NCBI RefSeq assembly: GCF_037042905.1
Contig: NC_087263.1
Coordinates: 14,696,001-14,760,000, forward strand
Direction: 5' to 3'
DNA from: Lytechinus pictus
Taxonomy: Eukaryota
DNA length: 64,000 nt
The translations under genes and the position numbers were made by a program. The notes below the pieces were generated by a model. It saw only the letters and a list, made by a program, of their open reading frames with translations. It was not told where the DNA came from and ran no database searches. This document shows positions 1 to 12,180 of the stretch, piece after piece; the stretch's first letter is position 1, and the number at the start of each line of letters is the position of its first letter.

Positions 1-179
1 CCAACCTTTTTGGGAGTGAAATACATTGATTTCAAAATGTTCAAACAAAAATTTCAAAGCGTTTATATGTGTCACATAAGTATGAAAATATTCTGAAAAA
101 ACAGTTTTGTGTTCTCTAGGAGTCACCCTTTGCTCCAGCCTACATGTATTTGTCTCGCCTGTGAAGTATTAATACTTAC

Positions 180-483
180 GTGGAATAACAATATTACTCT
201 CATTAACTGCTTCTCCCGCCTGGCCGTCCGAGTTAACAGCTACCACGCTGAAACTGTAAGTGCTATCATCGTAGAGATGGCCCACCTCGTACACTTCATC
301 AGCAGCCGGTTCGAAACTGATCTCATAAGCCTCTCTAACAGGGTTTGTCGACTCAATGGTTACATCGTAACGCACTGGGGTGTTGCCGTCCAGTGGCTCT
401 TGCCATGATGCACTGAATCCCCACTGCTGAATGCCGTCGATGGCAAGGCCCTGTACCTGACCAGGCGTCTGGGCTATAGCAAG
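180..483 (-). CDS. Coding exon of a fibronectin type III domain-containing secreted/cell-surface protein (gene continues left off the window)
   Basis: Minus-strand acceptor TTGCAG|CTT at 483 and donor CCAC|GTAAGT at 180. Translation LAIAQTPGQVQGLAIDGIQQWGFSASWQEPLDGNTPVRYDVTI...GHLYDDSTYSFSVVAVNSDGQAGE has the FN3 pattern (P..L, SW..P, Y.V, L...T.Y.F.V.AVN..G). Confidence 0.85.
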
Positions 484-579
484 CTGCAAGACATTGATTA
501 ATATGAAGAAATATTTTGATTTAGTATCATGAATCCTTAAAGGTCAAGTCTACCCTAGAAAAATGTTGATTTGAATCAA

Positions 580-1131
580 TAAGCCAGTTCACGGTTAGCT
601 CATGATCAACTTTTCTCAAATGACCTTTGTGATTTTTCATTAGGATAAGCACTATCATTTTCAAATGTAGATGTTGCGTAAGCTTTACCGGTAGAGTATT
701 CAAATTCTAAGAACAAAAGGCATTAGTATAGACCAGGTGACCAGAATACTACATCAGGGATAAAGTTTGGAAATCTGTTTTATTGTCTGCCTATGGCACA
801 TTTGACTATTGCTTTATAGGCTACTGTCAAATACCAGTGATTGTGAAGGCTCTATTTATTACTCTTCAGCTTGGATGTGATAAAATGAATATTTTGAAAG
901 GAATACATGAATATTCATCAAATCACAAATGCCTATGTCAGTGAATTTGAAAGCCACCTTCATGGTTTATCTCAAATGGCCTTTTTCTGCTCGTGCGCAG
1001 TTTACAACCGTGAACAGGCTTATATGTTTTGATAGCCCATGGCCTGGTGCTGATTCCTGCAAATCTATGAAATTATCACAAAATGAGACTAGAGCAACAT
1101 CATGTTCACATGTGTAAACCAGAACTGACTA
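580..1131. mobile_element. TIR element related to the TAGACCAGTTC family, nested in the Kolobok-like copy
   Basis: Termini TAAGCCAGTTC...GAACTGACTA. Internal similarity to 48714-49132 (CAAATGACCTTT, CCAGGTGAC, AAATACCAGT). Confidence 0.55.
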
Positions 1132-1447
1132 GTCTTTATCAAGTCGCAATCATTCATGCTCGCTTGGTATAGCTGATCCAATTTGCACATACGTACACAA
1201 TGAATATTCACACAGATTCATAGACAATACACAAATATCAAACAAGCAAAACGCTGAAAATTTCTTCAAAATAATTAAAGTTGTCCTAATTTCTCACAAA
1301 ACGTTATACTAATAAAACATAGGATTCACATAGTCTTTTCCATTTTCATTAAATGCTAAGAGAGCAAAACATAAAAGTATATAGAGAACTTAGAGTCTAA
1401 GTATAAGAAAAGGTACATTATAAATGAGGAATTGTCTGTCTTCAAAC

Positions 1448-1570
1448 CTAGTACCTGCTGGTGAACAAATGCAATTTTAGGTTACCCTTAAATGATGTTG
1501 CAGAGCTCTTCAGCTCCTGTAGTTGTGAATTCCACAGGGCTGCTCTAGCATGAGCAAAGGATCGATCGCA
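1448..1570 (-). mobile_element. L2 LINE ORF2 C-terminal remnant
   Basis: Minus strand reads RSFAHARAALWNSQLQELKSSATSFKGNLKLHLF, matching the L2 tail motif RSFS..AP.LWNSLP...FK..LK..LF seen near the end of the 49895-50527 ORF. Confidence 0.7.
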
Positions 1571-2279
1571 CCAGGATTTTTTAGATAGTGGAATATGTAA
1601 GAGACTTGTTTGGGATGATCACACAACTCAATGATATGCAAATGAGAGAGTCAATGATGTCACTCACTCACAAGTTCTAATATTTTATTGTTTGAATTTA
1701 AGAAATATTTTCATTTTTACAGATTTGTTAATTATTGCCAACTTGCCTGAACCAAAATATGTAAATACAATGGTAAATCCACATATTCAGGGAAGAACAA
1801 AGTTTTATTCACATGACAATGAAAAGTAAAATATTTCATATTTCTTATAATGAAACACAAAAATAGATAGTGAGTGGGTGATGCCATCAGTCAATTATAT
1901 AACTGTGAATTGTGAAATTAAATGAAACTTATACAAATGTAAAAAAAAATTATTTTACATACGATTTTGATGAAATTGTCAGTTTTATGCTTGTTGGATT
2001 TTTCTCTTTTTATTCAAATCAACTTTTTGTTAGGGTGCTGGACTTGTCCTTTGAATTCAACATCGATTTTCAAAGCATTACATGTATTCATATATTAGGG
2101 CATTTGTAGAGTTGACAATATCATATTGAGGTGACATCTCTGCGAAGCACAGTATATAAGTATAGTGAGTGCACCACAGAAAGACAAATGCTGAAAAGGT
2201 TGGGAAGAAGTAACTAATAAAGAAGGTGGTTCACGAACCAGGAGTCTTGCCTGATTTCGCGATAAAACAATATGCAATT

Positions 2280-2720
2280 TGCTCTTTTGACCCCTAGATG
2301 ACCTTTGACATTATCATCCTTGTGAACATCCGTGTGGTATATTACCCAATGATTATAGTACCAAGTATTGATGCAGAAATAAAGAAACAAGAGCAATTTG
2401 AATACAAACTTGACCGTTTGACCCCTAGATGACATTTGACCCTATCTTCCTCAACTACACACTTTGCCCAAGGTCAGGATCATTTGTACTACTACTAGAT
2501 CTAGATCTAAGTATGAACATAACTGATGATGCAGAAATAAAGAAATGAGAGCAATTAATTTAAACACAAAAATGAAAAAACTTGACCTTTTTTTAGAGGA
2601 CCTTTGACCCCATCATCCTCAGGAGGCAGGATCTCACATTTGAACTATGTGTGAACTGTGATGAAAATTGATGCAGAGATCAAGAAATGAGACTTAAGAG
2701 CAAGTTGAACAAAACTTTAA
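2280..2720 (-). repeat. Degenerate tandem repeat (~130-170 bp units) with TGACC/GGTCA motifs, Helentron-satellite-like
   Basis: Recurring TTGACCCCTAGATGACCTTTGAC and GATGCAGAAATAAAGAAA...GAGCAA blocks, similar in reverse orientation to the array at 41.1-42.0 kb. Confidence 0.55.
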
Positions 2721-3166
2721 AAACAATCATGAATGATTATTGATTCAACTCAACTCAAAATGCATAACTCTGATTTGGAAGTAATATATTGACAGGGAAA
2801 ATTGCCATTCTAACATCCACACAATCAATTTAGTATCAACACAATGTTAGTTGCTCGTTTGTTGGAAGTGAACCATCCATTTTTTCCCCCCACAATGCCC
2901 AAGCGATGCCAATAAATGGCAATTGCCATGTATCCATTCGCGTTCAGCTCACTCTCACACACAGACTCTCAGTCAGTTTCAAACTTCTTGCATTTTACTA
3001 CCGGTATATATCCTAGTCTTTTTTATAGATCTAGAAAAGTCTCAGACAAAAGAAACACCATCTAGATCTAGGCCTAATTCAATTCAGGTATCTGTGAAAT
3101 TAATCATGCTAATGTCAAACACCAGTAATATAACTTTTATGATTATCAATTCAATAATTTTCTCAC

Positions 3167-3235
3167 AAACGATCGTGAAGTAGGAGCAACCACCATGCAC
3201 CACCAGCCCAATCGTCGGCGCGTACGTGCATGCAT
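3167..3235 (-). CDS. Candidate first coding exon of the FN3 gene (MHARTRRRLGWWCMVVAPTSRSF, joining phase 0 to LAIAQ)
   Basis: Lies in a CpG/GC-rich island (~3170-3650). Donor TTT|GTGAGA at 3167 and in-frame ATG at 3235. The joined peptide is only a weak signal-peptide match, so an intervening exon is possible. Confidence 0.3.
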
Positions 3236-4193
3236 GCACCGTCTGGGCCCCCCGCTATCAGTCGGTGCTCGGGCCTGGCCCGGGGGACTACCAAGACCAC
3301 TCCGCGTGAATCACCGCACCGATCTCGAGTCCGAGACGTGAGGACTTGGACTCTTTTTGGAGACCCAACAAAATTATGCCCCAAATTAAATGAACCATTT
3401 CCAATTACCTCAATTCAAGATAGATCGAATCTAAATTTCATCCACTCAGAGGTGCTGACAATGACATACGATACGATTCGAGTAAGCCAAGTGCTCACAT
3501 TTCGATTCCAAAAAAGGCCATCACACCTCGCGCTATTTATGTCGTCTGCTTGATCTTTTTAATTTTTCGCTCTCTTATTTTTTTATCTATCATCCCACTA
3601 AAACTTCGTGCGAAATGAGGGGGGTCACCCCGGGGTCACCGCTTTTTATGACCCGTTTTTGCCTGATAAGTGCCCTTTTTATATTCTAATAGCTCGGTTT
3701 TTTCCTCCGACAAACACTACGTTATCGATTTTGCCTACCAAGCTTATTTCATGCTTTTTACTTTTCATGCTATTTTAATTTTCCATCTTTGTTTCATATA
3801 GCTGCTCCTCACTGAATGCTTAAATGATAATACTTCCTAATTCCTGTTTATATTAGGACTGCAAAATAGGTTTTTACCGGTTTCTTTCAATAGTTTAATG
3901 TTTGAATTCATGATTTGTTTTTTTTTTGCGAGAGGTAATTCATACCGCCAGTGAAGGGCAAATTTCTTTTATTGATCAATAAATTATTGAATTTGAAAGG
4001 GGAGAGATGATGAATCAGCCCCAGCGCCTAACCTTTGTAATAACGATTAAAAAAATCAATGGTACGTTTTTGCATAATATTATAATTATTATCAATTTCC
4101 TGCTTCAAAATTGTAATAATAATAATAATTAATGTGTGCAAGGGCCCACAATGTTTGCTATAAACTATTTTGTTACAATAAAGTTTTTATATA

Positions 4194-4488
4194 CAGGATG
4201 TTTCTATAAATAAAAAGTAATCGAAGTTCTCAATTAAAGGTTAGCAATAATTATCAAAAATCCATTATTGATTCTTGTGATTTTTATTCAACATAATTGA
4301 GTATGTCATCAACTTTATAGTTTGACACCTTGCTTCGAAGGCGAAGGGTACAAAAAAAGTTGGGGTTTTATTGAATATGCACGAAACCAACTTTGTTGTA
4401 ATGGGTTTGGTTTGACTTACTCAGTTATGTAGAATCGAAATCTCAAACTGACCTTTGAACTTAGCTATCTTTATGTAGAAACACCCTG
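4194..4488. mobile_element. Tc1/mariner-type MITE
   Basis: TA|CAGGATGTTTCTA...TAGAAACACCCTG|TA, i.e. TIR with TA target duplication. Confidence 0.7.
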
Positions 4489-4652
4489 TATATATTATTG
4501 TATTACTTTTATATCATATCTTTATATCTTGAACCAAAAATATTTTTAGATATGAAAAAAAGAGGGATTGTAGTTTATTAGTTTCAGCTTTAAGTACCGC
4601 TCCCACCCTTTCAAAGCGTTTACACCTCTCTCTCTCTCTCTCCCTCCCTCAT

Positions 4653-5050
4653 AGGGGCCCGTTGCAGAAAGAGTTGCAATCAATCGCAACTCTAAAAATC
4701 ATGCGTAACTTGATTTTCAACCAATCAACAGCGCGCATTTTGGACTTGCGATTGATTTCACAATAAAACAGGGCCCTGTTGTACAAAGAGTTACGATTGA
4801 TCCGATCAATCGTAAATATGGCAAGCCAGCTAGCAAAGTCAACATACGAAATGCATGTTTGTTAAAAAAAAAATTCTAGATATGAATGCATATCCATGAA
4901 TTCATTGATTTCTTGACAATTTGGGGTGTTCTCCTTTGATTACAAAGGACATTTTGCAAATTTCCTGTAGAAAAAAATATGACACTGATGGATTTCCAAA
5001 GAGTTACGATTGATCGGATCAATTGTAACTCTTTGTACAACGGGGCCCAG
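4653..5050. mobile_element. Two adjacent Harbinger-like MITEs (truncated GGGGCCCGTTGCAG copy plus a complete ~275 bp copy)
   Basis: CAG|GGCCCTGTTGTACAAAGAGTTACGATTGATCCGATCAAT...ATTGATCGGATCAATTGTAACTCTTTGTACAACGGGGCC|CAG with 3-bp TSD. The first part matches copies at 19145, 29212, 44005 and 55688. Confidence 0.7.
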
Positions 5051-5244
5051 ATATATACAGTATATTGAACATGAAATCATTAGCGGAAGACGGATTGTCA
5101 TTGTAAAGCAAATATGTTTCAGAATATGACCAACTAAAACATAGATTGAATATAATAATCGTTTTCGAATTGTGTAGAAATGATGGCACAGAATGATTAA
5201 AATTCTTACTTGAAATAATGTGATAATATACATAATCATGATGA

Positions 5245-5380
5245 AAAACGACGACGATGATGTCGATGATAATGATGATGATGACGACGATGATGATGAT
5301 GATGATGAAGAAGATGATGATGACGATGATGACGGTGGTGATGATGATGATGGTGGTGGTGAAGATGATTATGGTGATGA
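5245..5380 (+). repeat. (GAT/GGT)n microsatellite
   Basis: Directly visible. Source of the poly-Asp and poly-Met ORFs. Confidence 0.95.
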
Positions 5381-5522
5381 TATTGTCAATACAAAATGTA
5401 GGACTATATGTCCTTGTTATTAGCGCACAGTGTGTGAGCGGGTGTATGTGTGTGTGTGTGTGTGAGGGAAATGTGTTATAGAGAGGTGTTCGTGTGCGTG
5501 CTGCCTAGGGTGATGGTACATA

Positions 5523-6138
5523 GGGGAAGGTGGGGCATAATGAAATTAATTTCAAACTTGCATTATGACGTCATTTACGTCACAAAGACAATGACACTGA
5601 CAATTTCAGATAAATACTATTTGTCCTTTTCTTATATCAACGACAATTCATGAATTTCCAGGTGTAAATTCCAAAGAAACTGATCTTAAAGCGCGTGATA
5701 TACAATGTAATTTTCAACTCCGGCAAAATGGAACATACTTGGAGCAAAATGGTTCCATTTTGTCTCTTACGTCTACAGTCCATTTTGTCCCAATGGTGTA
5801 TATTCTTATAAAAGGTTTACATTTATGCAAAATCCCCGAAGCAAAGAAGGCATGAAAAAAGTGTGTCTAACCTTGATATCTTTATGATTAATAACAAAAT
5901 CGATACAGCAACTACAAATTCATAGTCATCTATAGTCCTTCCCTTAGATCACGAGGGTGCATTTTTTTTAAGAGTCATTACTCGGATGTGCTCAGATGTT
6001 GCTGGATGACAGTTCATGGTTGATGTTATGTCTGCTTCAAAGAATTTATAAAGAGGGCGTACTTTATTAACTTATGCAAATTTCAAAATTCCGTTTTGCC
6101 CCTAGAGTCCGTTATGCCGGTTATGCCCCACCTTCCCC
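5523..6138. mobile_element. Tc1/pogo-type non-autonomous element
   Basis: TA|GGGGAAGGTGGGGCATAA...TTATGCCCCACCTTCCCC|TA, a perfect 18-bp TIR with TA TSD. Confidence 0.8.
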
Positions 6139-6419
6139 TATATCGTGTGATATATAAGGCAAACGAGGTGCTGGTTTCATACTTTGCAAGCCGGGGTTTC
6201 GATTCTCAGCAGGCACTGCGTTATTACAGGCTGCTACCTTTGACCGTGGTCGTGCTCTTGTATCAAGCATCAATGAAATTTTTAAGTCGGGGTTAAAGTG
6301 GCCTAAGGCAATAAATAAGGGTGTGTGTGTGGGTGAGAGGGTGTGTTTGTGGGTGAGAGGGTGTGTTGGTGGGTGTGCTTGCGTGTGTGAGAATCAACTT
6401 CTCCAAATAATAGATATTG

Positions 6420-7170
6420 TGCACGCTATACCAGCAAGTTGGAAAATTTTTAATAGTCCAATAAAGTTTAAAAAATTGATTTCGTAGACTTTGGGATAAG
6501 AATGAATATTGGAAAACAGGAAACAGCTTTTGAGGTAATTAAATCAAAAACAATTTATAACTTGTTCATTACCAATCTACAAGAGCTATACAAATTAACA
6601 CTCAAGGATGGTCACAGTGATTTTAATTTTACCGATGTAGAAATTTGTAAATTATTTGGATATATCAGGAGTACAACTCTTATAAGGAAACAGAGGGAAT
6701 TTCAGTTTATGCTTTTACATGGAGAAATATATACAAAAGAACATTGATGAGATTTGGTTTCGTGGGAGATAATTACTGCTCGTTTTGTTGTACAAAAACT
6801 GAATCGTACTTTCATATACTCATGAATTGCATAAAAGTAAAACCTCTATGGCAATTTTGTATTGATCATTTTTGTTTAGTTGAATTAAGAACTTTCAATT
6901 GGAAGGAAATATTTTAGGATTACCTGGAAATTCTTGTAGGATTAAATGTGTCAATTCTGTTATTCTTTTTATTAAATATGCAATTTTTAATTCCAGAGCT
7001 GAAGGCCGGGTACCTTCATTCATTAAAATACAAAAATATATTATGGGATGTATAGAGGAAGAAAGTCGCCTGGCAACGAAGTAAGGCACGTTAAGTTTAC
7101 TTTTACAGAAATGGGATGAACTGAAGGTGAAAAGAGATTTGAATGTGAACAGGTGGGATGTGTCTAGTGT
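6420..7170 (+). mobile_element. Degenerate L1/Tx1-clade LINE ORF2 3' end
   Basis: Broken reading KQREFQFMLLHGEIYT...CSFCCTKTESYFHI..NC (CCHC zinc finger) ...VILFIKYAIFNSR, typical of the L1/Tx1 C-terminus. Confidence 0.7.
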
Positions 7171-8599
7171 GGTGCGAGTGTGAATCCTGGTGTGAATGTT
7201 GATGATTTTCTTTTTTTCTTGTTACTAGTTCTTTTCAATTCCCCTTCTCTTGTATCAATATGATTTGCAGGTTCTTTTCTTTCTGTATCCTATTTCGCGA
7301 AAAGTTAAACGTTAATATACAGATTCGTATATATTATGTTTGTTTACGTATGCGTGGTATGTGCATGTGTGTGTGGATGTTAAGGTTGGTGTGTGTATGT
7401 GTGTATAATTATATAAAGTTATGTTGAAGCTTGATGTAAAATGGGATGCAATGATAATACATGTATGTTGATTTCTGTTTTCCTGCGAATCATTTCGTCA
7501 ATCAATATTAATTATTATTAAAATATATAGAGAGTTGGGGCTCAGTTTAGTTAGTTTTTTTTTTTTAGATATAAAAGTATATTCTTAAGAAATTTCATTC
7601 CGTCCTTATTTGCTTCAGTTTTTGGTAAATATATATGTATTTTTTATTGCATATCCTTGTTGATATAAAATGAAGATTTGTATTTTTTTGTATTTATCTG
7701 GAGTTTATGTAATCCATTTGAATGAAATCCTTAATAAAAACATGTTGAAAAAAAAAGTGGGAAAGGGTACGGTCAGACAGAAGTATATGCACGCGTGTGA
7801 GTGTGTGTTGTTAGATGGGGCATGTCTGTGTGGGCGTCTATTGTGGGTGAGAATATGATATCCAGACCTTTATCGCCAATGTTTTAATTTAAAGTTTCTC
7901 CATTGCGATTTCGCTATCATAACAACAATCCTATCCAAACCATAGGCCATTCTAACCAATAACATAATGGATCCAATTGATAATTTATCTCTTATGTCAG
8001 TTCTTTATCTAATGGTTACAGTTTTACGTTGAACTCAAATCATACTCGGTTTTTTAATTCACTTCTGAGAGAGTACGAAGTTATTACGTAGTATAATCAC
8101 AAATGAAATAAGCACCTCAAACAAACATTATTCACCCCCCCCCCCCATATACGTGGGATGTCTACCCAACCTTATCGTTATTATTGATTATGAAATTTTA
8201 TTTTCGCTATGCATCCCCTCCCAAATAGGTTGCAATTTGAAGGGGAGCAAGACGATGACACGATTCCTTCCTCATTCATAAATACCGTATGAGTCAGTTA
8301 ACAATGAATGCCTCACAAATCATCAATTTATTTAAAGACAAATCATGTCGAGAACACATAATTAATTGTATGAAGGTCTGAAAAACCAATTTCTCCCGAA
8401 TTGTGTGTGTAGTATTGTAGTATAGATGTGTGCTTTAGATAGTATTCTTTGTTGTGAAATTGATTTTGATTTGAGCCAAAGTAAGGCATATTTTTAATTA
8501 ATTAATCCAGATGCCAACGAAGTCACAATCCTAACAAGAGTTGCACTAAAATTCATTGCAAAAGACTTTTTCAAAATATAACATGAAAGTTGTTTATCG

Positions 8600-9300
8600 A
8601 GCACATTTTTATATCAACTGTCAAGTTAGTTTCATGTAGCATTTTTTTTTTCAAAGAAAGTCTTCATTCGACATGTTCAATATTTCTTCACAAATCATAT
8701 TATCAAATTCAAAATACATTTAATACATTGCAAACAATATTATACATTATTTTATACAAAACAAAATTTAGATCAGCTCAATATGCCTCGATCCATCGAG
8801 ATCTACAATAAACCCATTTTATTGCTTATTCATGGTGCGTTCTATCTCACGCCGTTATTTCAATTTCTTTTGAAATAATAAATATGATAAATAACCTTTT
8901 ACACATCTACTTGAAAATATGTATGGTTTAGCATGTACAATATCAAAATTCTAAGAAGAAGAATTTCCACCTGGTATTCCAAATACAAATTATTAAAAGA
9001 CAACTTCGTTTATTTTGCTTATGATACCATGCTCCTACATTCTAATTACTTGTACTTGTTTAAATCTGTGAAATATTATGATATATTATTATTATGATTG
9101 TCTAAATGTCAACTTGTTAATCTCATCAATTAATCTTTATTTCTATATACGATTATCATAAATCGGTAGTTTTATTGTACAATAAGTTCCGAGTTAATTT
9201 TGATATAAATCATTATATTCATGAATAAAATGTAGTTGTATCTCCCCTTTTTCTCTTTTATGGCAATAATTTGTTATGAATGTTTCATAAAGATCATCGC
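8600..9300 (-). mobile_element. Highly decayed L1/Tx1-like LINE 3' remnant
   Basis: Minus-strand fragment IVHAKPYIFSSR resembles the Tx1 tail motif (AK.YI...R). Heavily stop-interrupted. Confidence 0.35.
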
Positions 9301-9490
9301 AGGCATAGAAACTTTTTATGTGTCATGATGTCGCAATTTACTGACGTGCAACTGTAAACATATAGGCCAACCGAGTCAATAAGTAATAAAGTAAATATGA
9401 CATGACAGCGAAGTGGCAGAAAGGCAGAGAACCAATTACAAACTGGAGGTCATGGGCTCAATCGAAGCATGACCGAAGACATCCTACCAA

Positions 9491-9531
<41 letters not shown>

Positions 9532-12180
9532 CAAAATACAAGGTGAATAAAACAACCGTAGATAGAAAAGTTGATCAAATTTTCGCCCATAGGGCTTCAT
9601 CAGGAAATGATGAATTTATTAGTCAACAGCACCAAGAAACGCAGTGCGCAAAACGCAAAGCGTAAAAAACAACGCGCTAAGAGGTAAGACGCGAGCGCAA
9701 CAGTACAAAAGAAAAGAGAGAGAAAAAGAGAGAAAAAAGAAAAAGAAAGAAAGGGGAAGGGAAAAGAAGAAGAAGAAGAAGAAAGCCGGGGAGACAAAAG
9801 GAAGAGAGAAAAGGGAAAAGGAAAACGACTCGAAAAAAAGGAGAGAGGGAGAGAAGGGGGTCGATACATATATATACATGTATATATATATGTATCGATC
9901 TACTAACTTAGTGGGCGCTCAGTTGGGAGGGGGGGGGGTAATTATAAATCACATTGTGATACAGAAGCCCAGCTTAAACTAGAGTAACTGTTCAAATCGT
10001 ATTTGGTTTCTATAGTTTAACTATCATATCGTCATGCCATTCGAGAACGTCTGTTTTCCCAAATAAATATCGATAACCGAATGCCTTGAATAATTTCTAT
10101 GCTATATTTCTTGTCTATATTCTATAAGTTTCCCTTATTCATGCAATTTACATCAGGTTTATTGATACCGTATTTTATTCCGTTTTTTTTTTCTTCTCTT
10201 GAACAGTAACAGATGAGTAAAATCAATTATTTCATTGTTTGTATTTGTATTGTGTACATATAGAATCTATTAACATTAAAAAGACATTGAAAAAATCTTT
10301 ATAGAATGAGAAATTTGTCATTTATCTAAAATCAAATTATGAAAATTTCATATCCTCAGAACCAAAATACAGATTATATAGAAGATAAAAAAGGCCAATA
10401 TCGGGTTATGTATTGAAGAATTCTTACATGCACCAAGATATTTCCAACTTTTTGGTATATTGATATAATGTTCTCCCTTTACCATTAATCCTTTCCCTTT
10501 TACCCACATCTAGATCTTTTTAATTGTTATTATTTTTAAAGGGCATACAGTAATCTTAATTGTAATTAGCACTAGGCACTAGGCACTTGAAATAAAAAGC
10601 TAAGGGTAAGTATATACATATATTGATAACTTACCGACACGAGACAGAACCCGATAAAGATTGATATCCGTGAATCCATATTGGTAAAGGTCGCACCCCG
10701 CAAGGGGGGTAAACTCACACCCCAACTCCACGAAATGTAAGATACCCTGGTTTGATAGACATGAACAGAAGTCTGATTTTGCACCCCTAAAACTCTCCGA
10801 CAGGGAATCCAATTTTCAAAACTCTCCAAATCTCACTATAATGTTGGTTTAAAGTGGTGGTTAGAATTCATTTATCTTTGCTTTGGTAAGAGGGCAAGTG
10901 AAATAAAAGTTCGAGAAGTTTGCACTTGATCCCTTTGGACCGGCACGCCCAAAATGTACAGCGATCGATGCACGTAGGGACATACACTCTTGTTGTGTGT
11001 GCACGCCACAATTCCATATACGATTCATATTACATATTTCAAGGTGTTCTAAATATGATACTGCATTTTTCCTCCATAACTCTATTCGTAACACACCCAA
11101 GTTTCTTTTGAAAGACATTCACGCTGCCGTGCATTATAACAAAACACCCGTACCGGTCCCGGAGTTTATCATGCAAATAAACTGTATTATGTCGCTCGTT
11201 GCGTATAATAGATATATGGAAATAATTATAGAGATTTTGACCCTTTTGGATATTTCTATGCGAGGCGAAACGGGAAATTTCTATTGGAATGCATAGGTCG
11301 AGTCCTTGTCGGAATTTGCACTAAATCTGTTTAATCCTTGGCATTTATTTTGTTTTGCAATTAATCTCGCCCCGATTCTGAACAGAGTTTTCATTTTATA
11401 TGCAAAATATCGGTATGCATATTCTATGAGTATAAACTTGTACTTCTTCAAACTAAATCACTACAAACCAAGCGAGCCTGGGCCTTTACAAAAAAAGATA
11501 ATCATTTTATCCCACTCTCTCATTATGTTTCCAATAATCGCAAGAAAGGGTACAAAAGATGATAGATTAAAAGACAAAGAATGCGCGCGCCATCATATAC
11601 TGTAAATCCTTTTAATATAAATTTTTGACGAATCCAAGCTAAAATTTAAACCCTGAATCGATAGAATAAGGAATCAATCATAATTAAATTCATATAGCGC
11701 AATTCTAGATTGAACTATAATGATCGTGATAAGTTTTTAACTCAACTGAGTCACATGTACTGTACACTGAAAGGCGAGGTCTAAAAACTAAAACCTTTAC
11801 TTTTTAGTCGATCTTCAATTTCCAAAGATATTGATGACGCATGGTAATTTGCCTATTTGCTGGTAATCTACTCGTAGAAACCAAATACTATGTATGAAAT
11901 ATTATATGAATGAATATTATGTTGTATTTCTTACATTATTATGTTGGAAATGAAATAAACACGTATTTGAAGCATACATGAGACTATGGTCGGTCATACT
12001 AATAGTCAGATCAATATACGAAGGCACTTAAATTGTACACTGTAAAAAATGGAATGCTAATTTAGCACTTGCAGTGCTTGTATAGTGACTGCACTACGAG
12101 TGCTGATTTTCTAGTTTAGATTTGTACTAGAAATTCAGCACTCGTAGTGCAGTCACTATACAAGCACTGTAAGTGCTGAA

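Larger units (their letters stand above)
541..2050. mobile_element. Kolobok-like non-autonomous DNA transposon, split by nested insertions
   Basis: TTAA|AGGTCAAGTCTACCC...GGACTTGTCCT|TTGA termini. Pieces at 541-579, ~1240-1305 and ~1630-2050 match the uninterrupted copy at 37077-37664. Confidence 0.7.

Noticed and set aside
2095..2277. Possible signal-peptide exon of the FN3 gene
   Set aside because: Weak acceptor, no convincing donor, and adjacent to a repeat.
9600..9982. Lys/Arg/Glu-rich and Phe/Ser-rich ORFs
   Set aside because: Purine-rich low-complexity tract with no exon signals.
10541..11611. Possible Kolobok-like element or gene in a GC-richer stretch
   Set aside because: Only a weak terminal match (AGGGCATACAGTA / TACTGTAAATCCT) and short featureless ORFs, too little to call.
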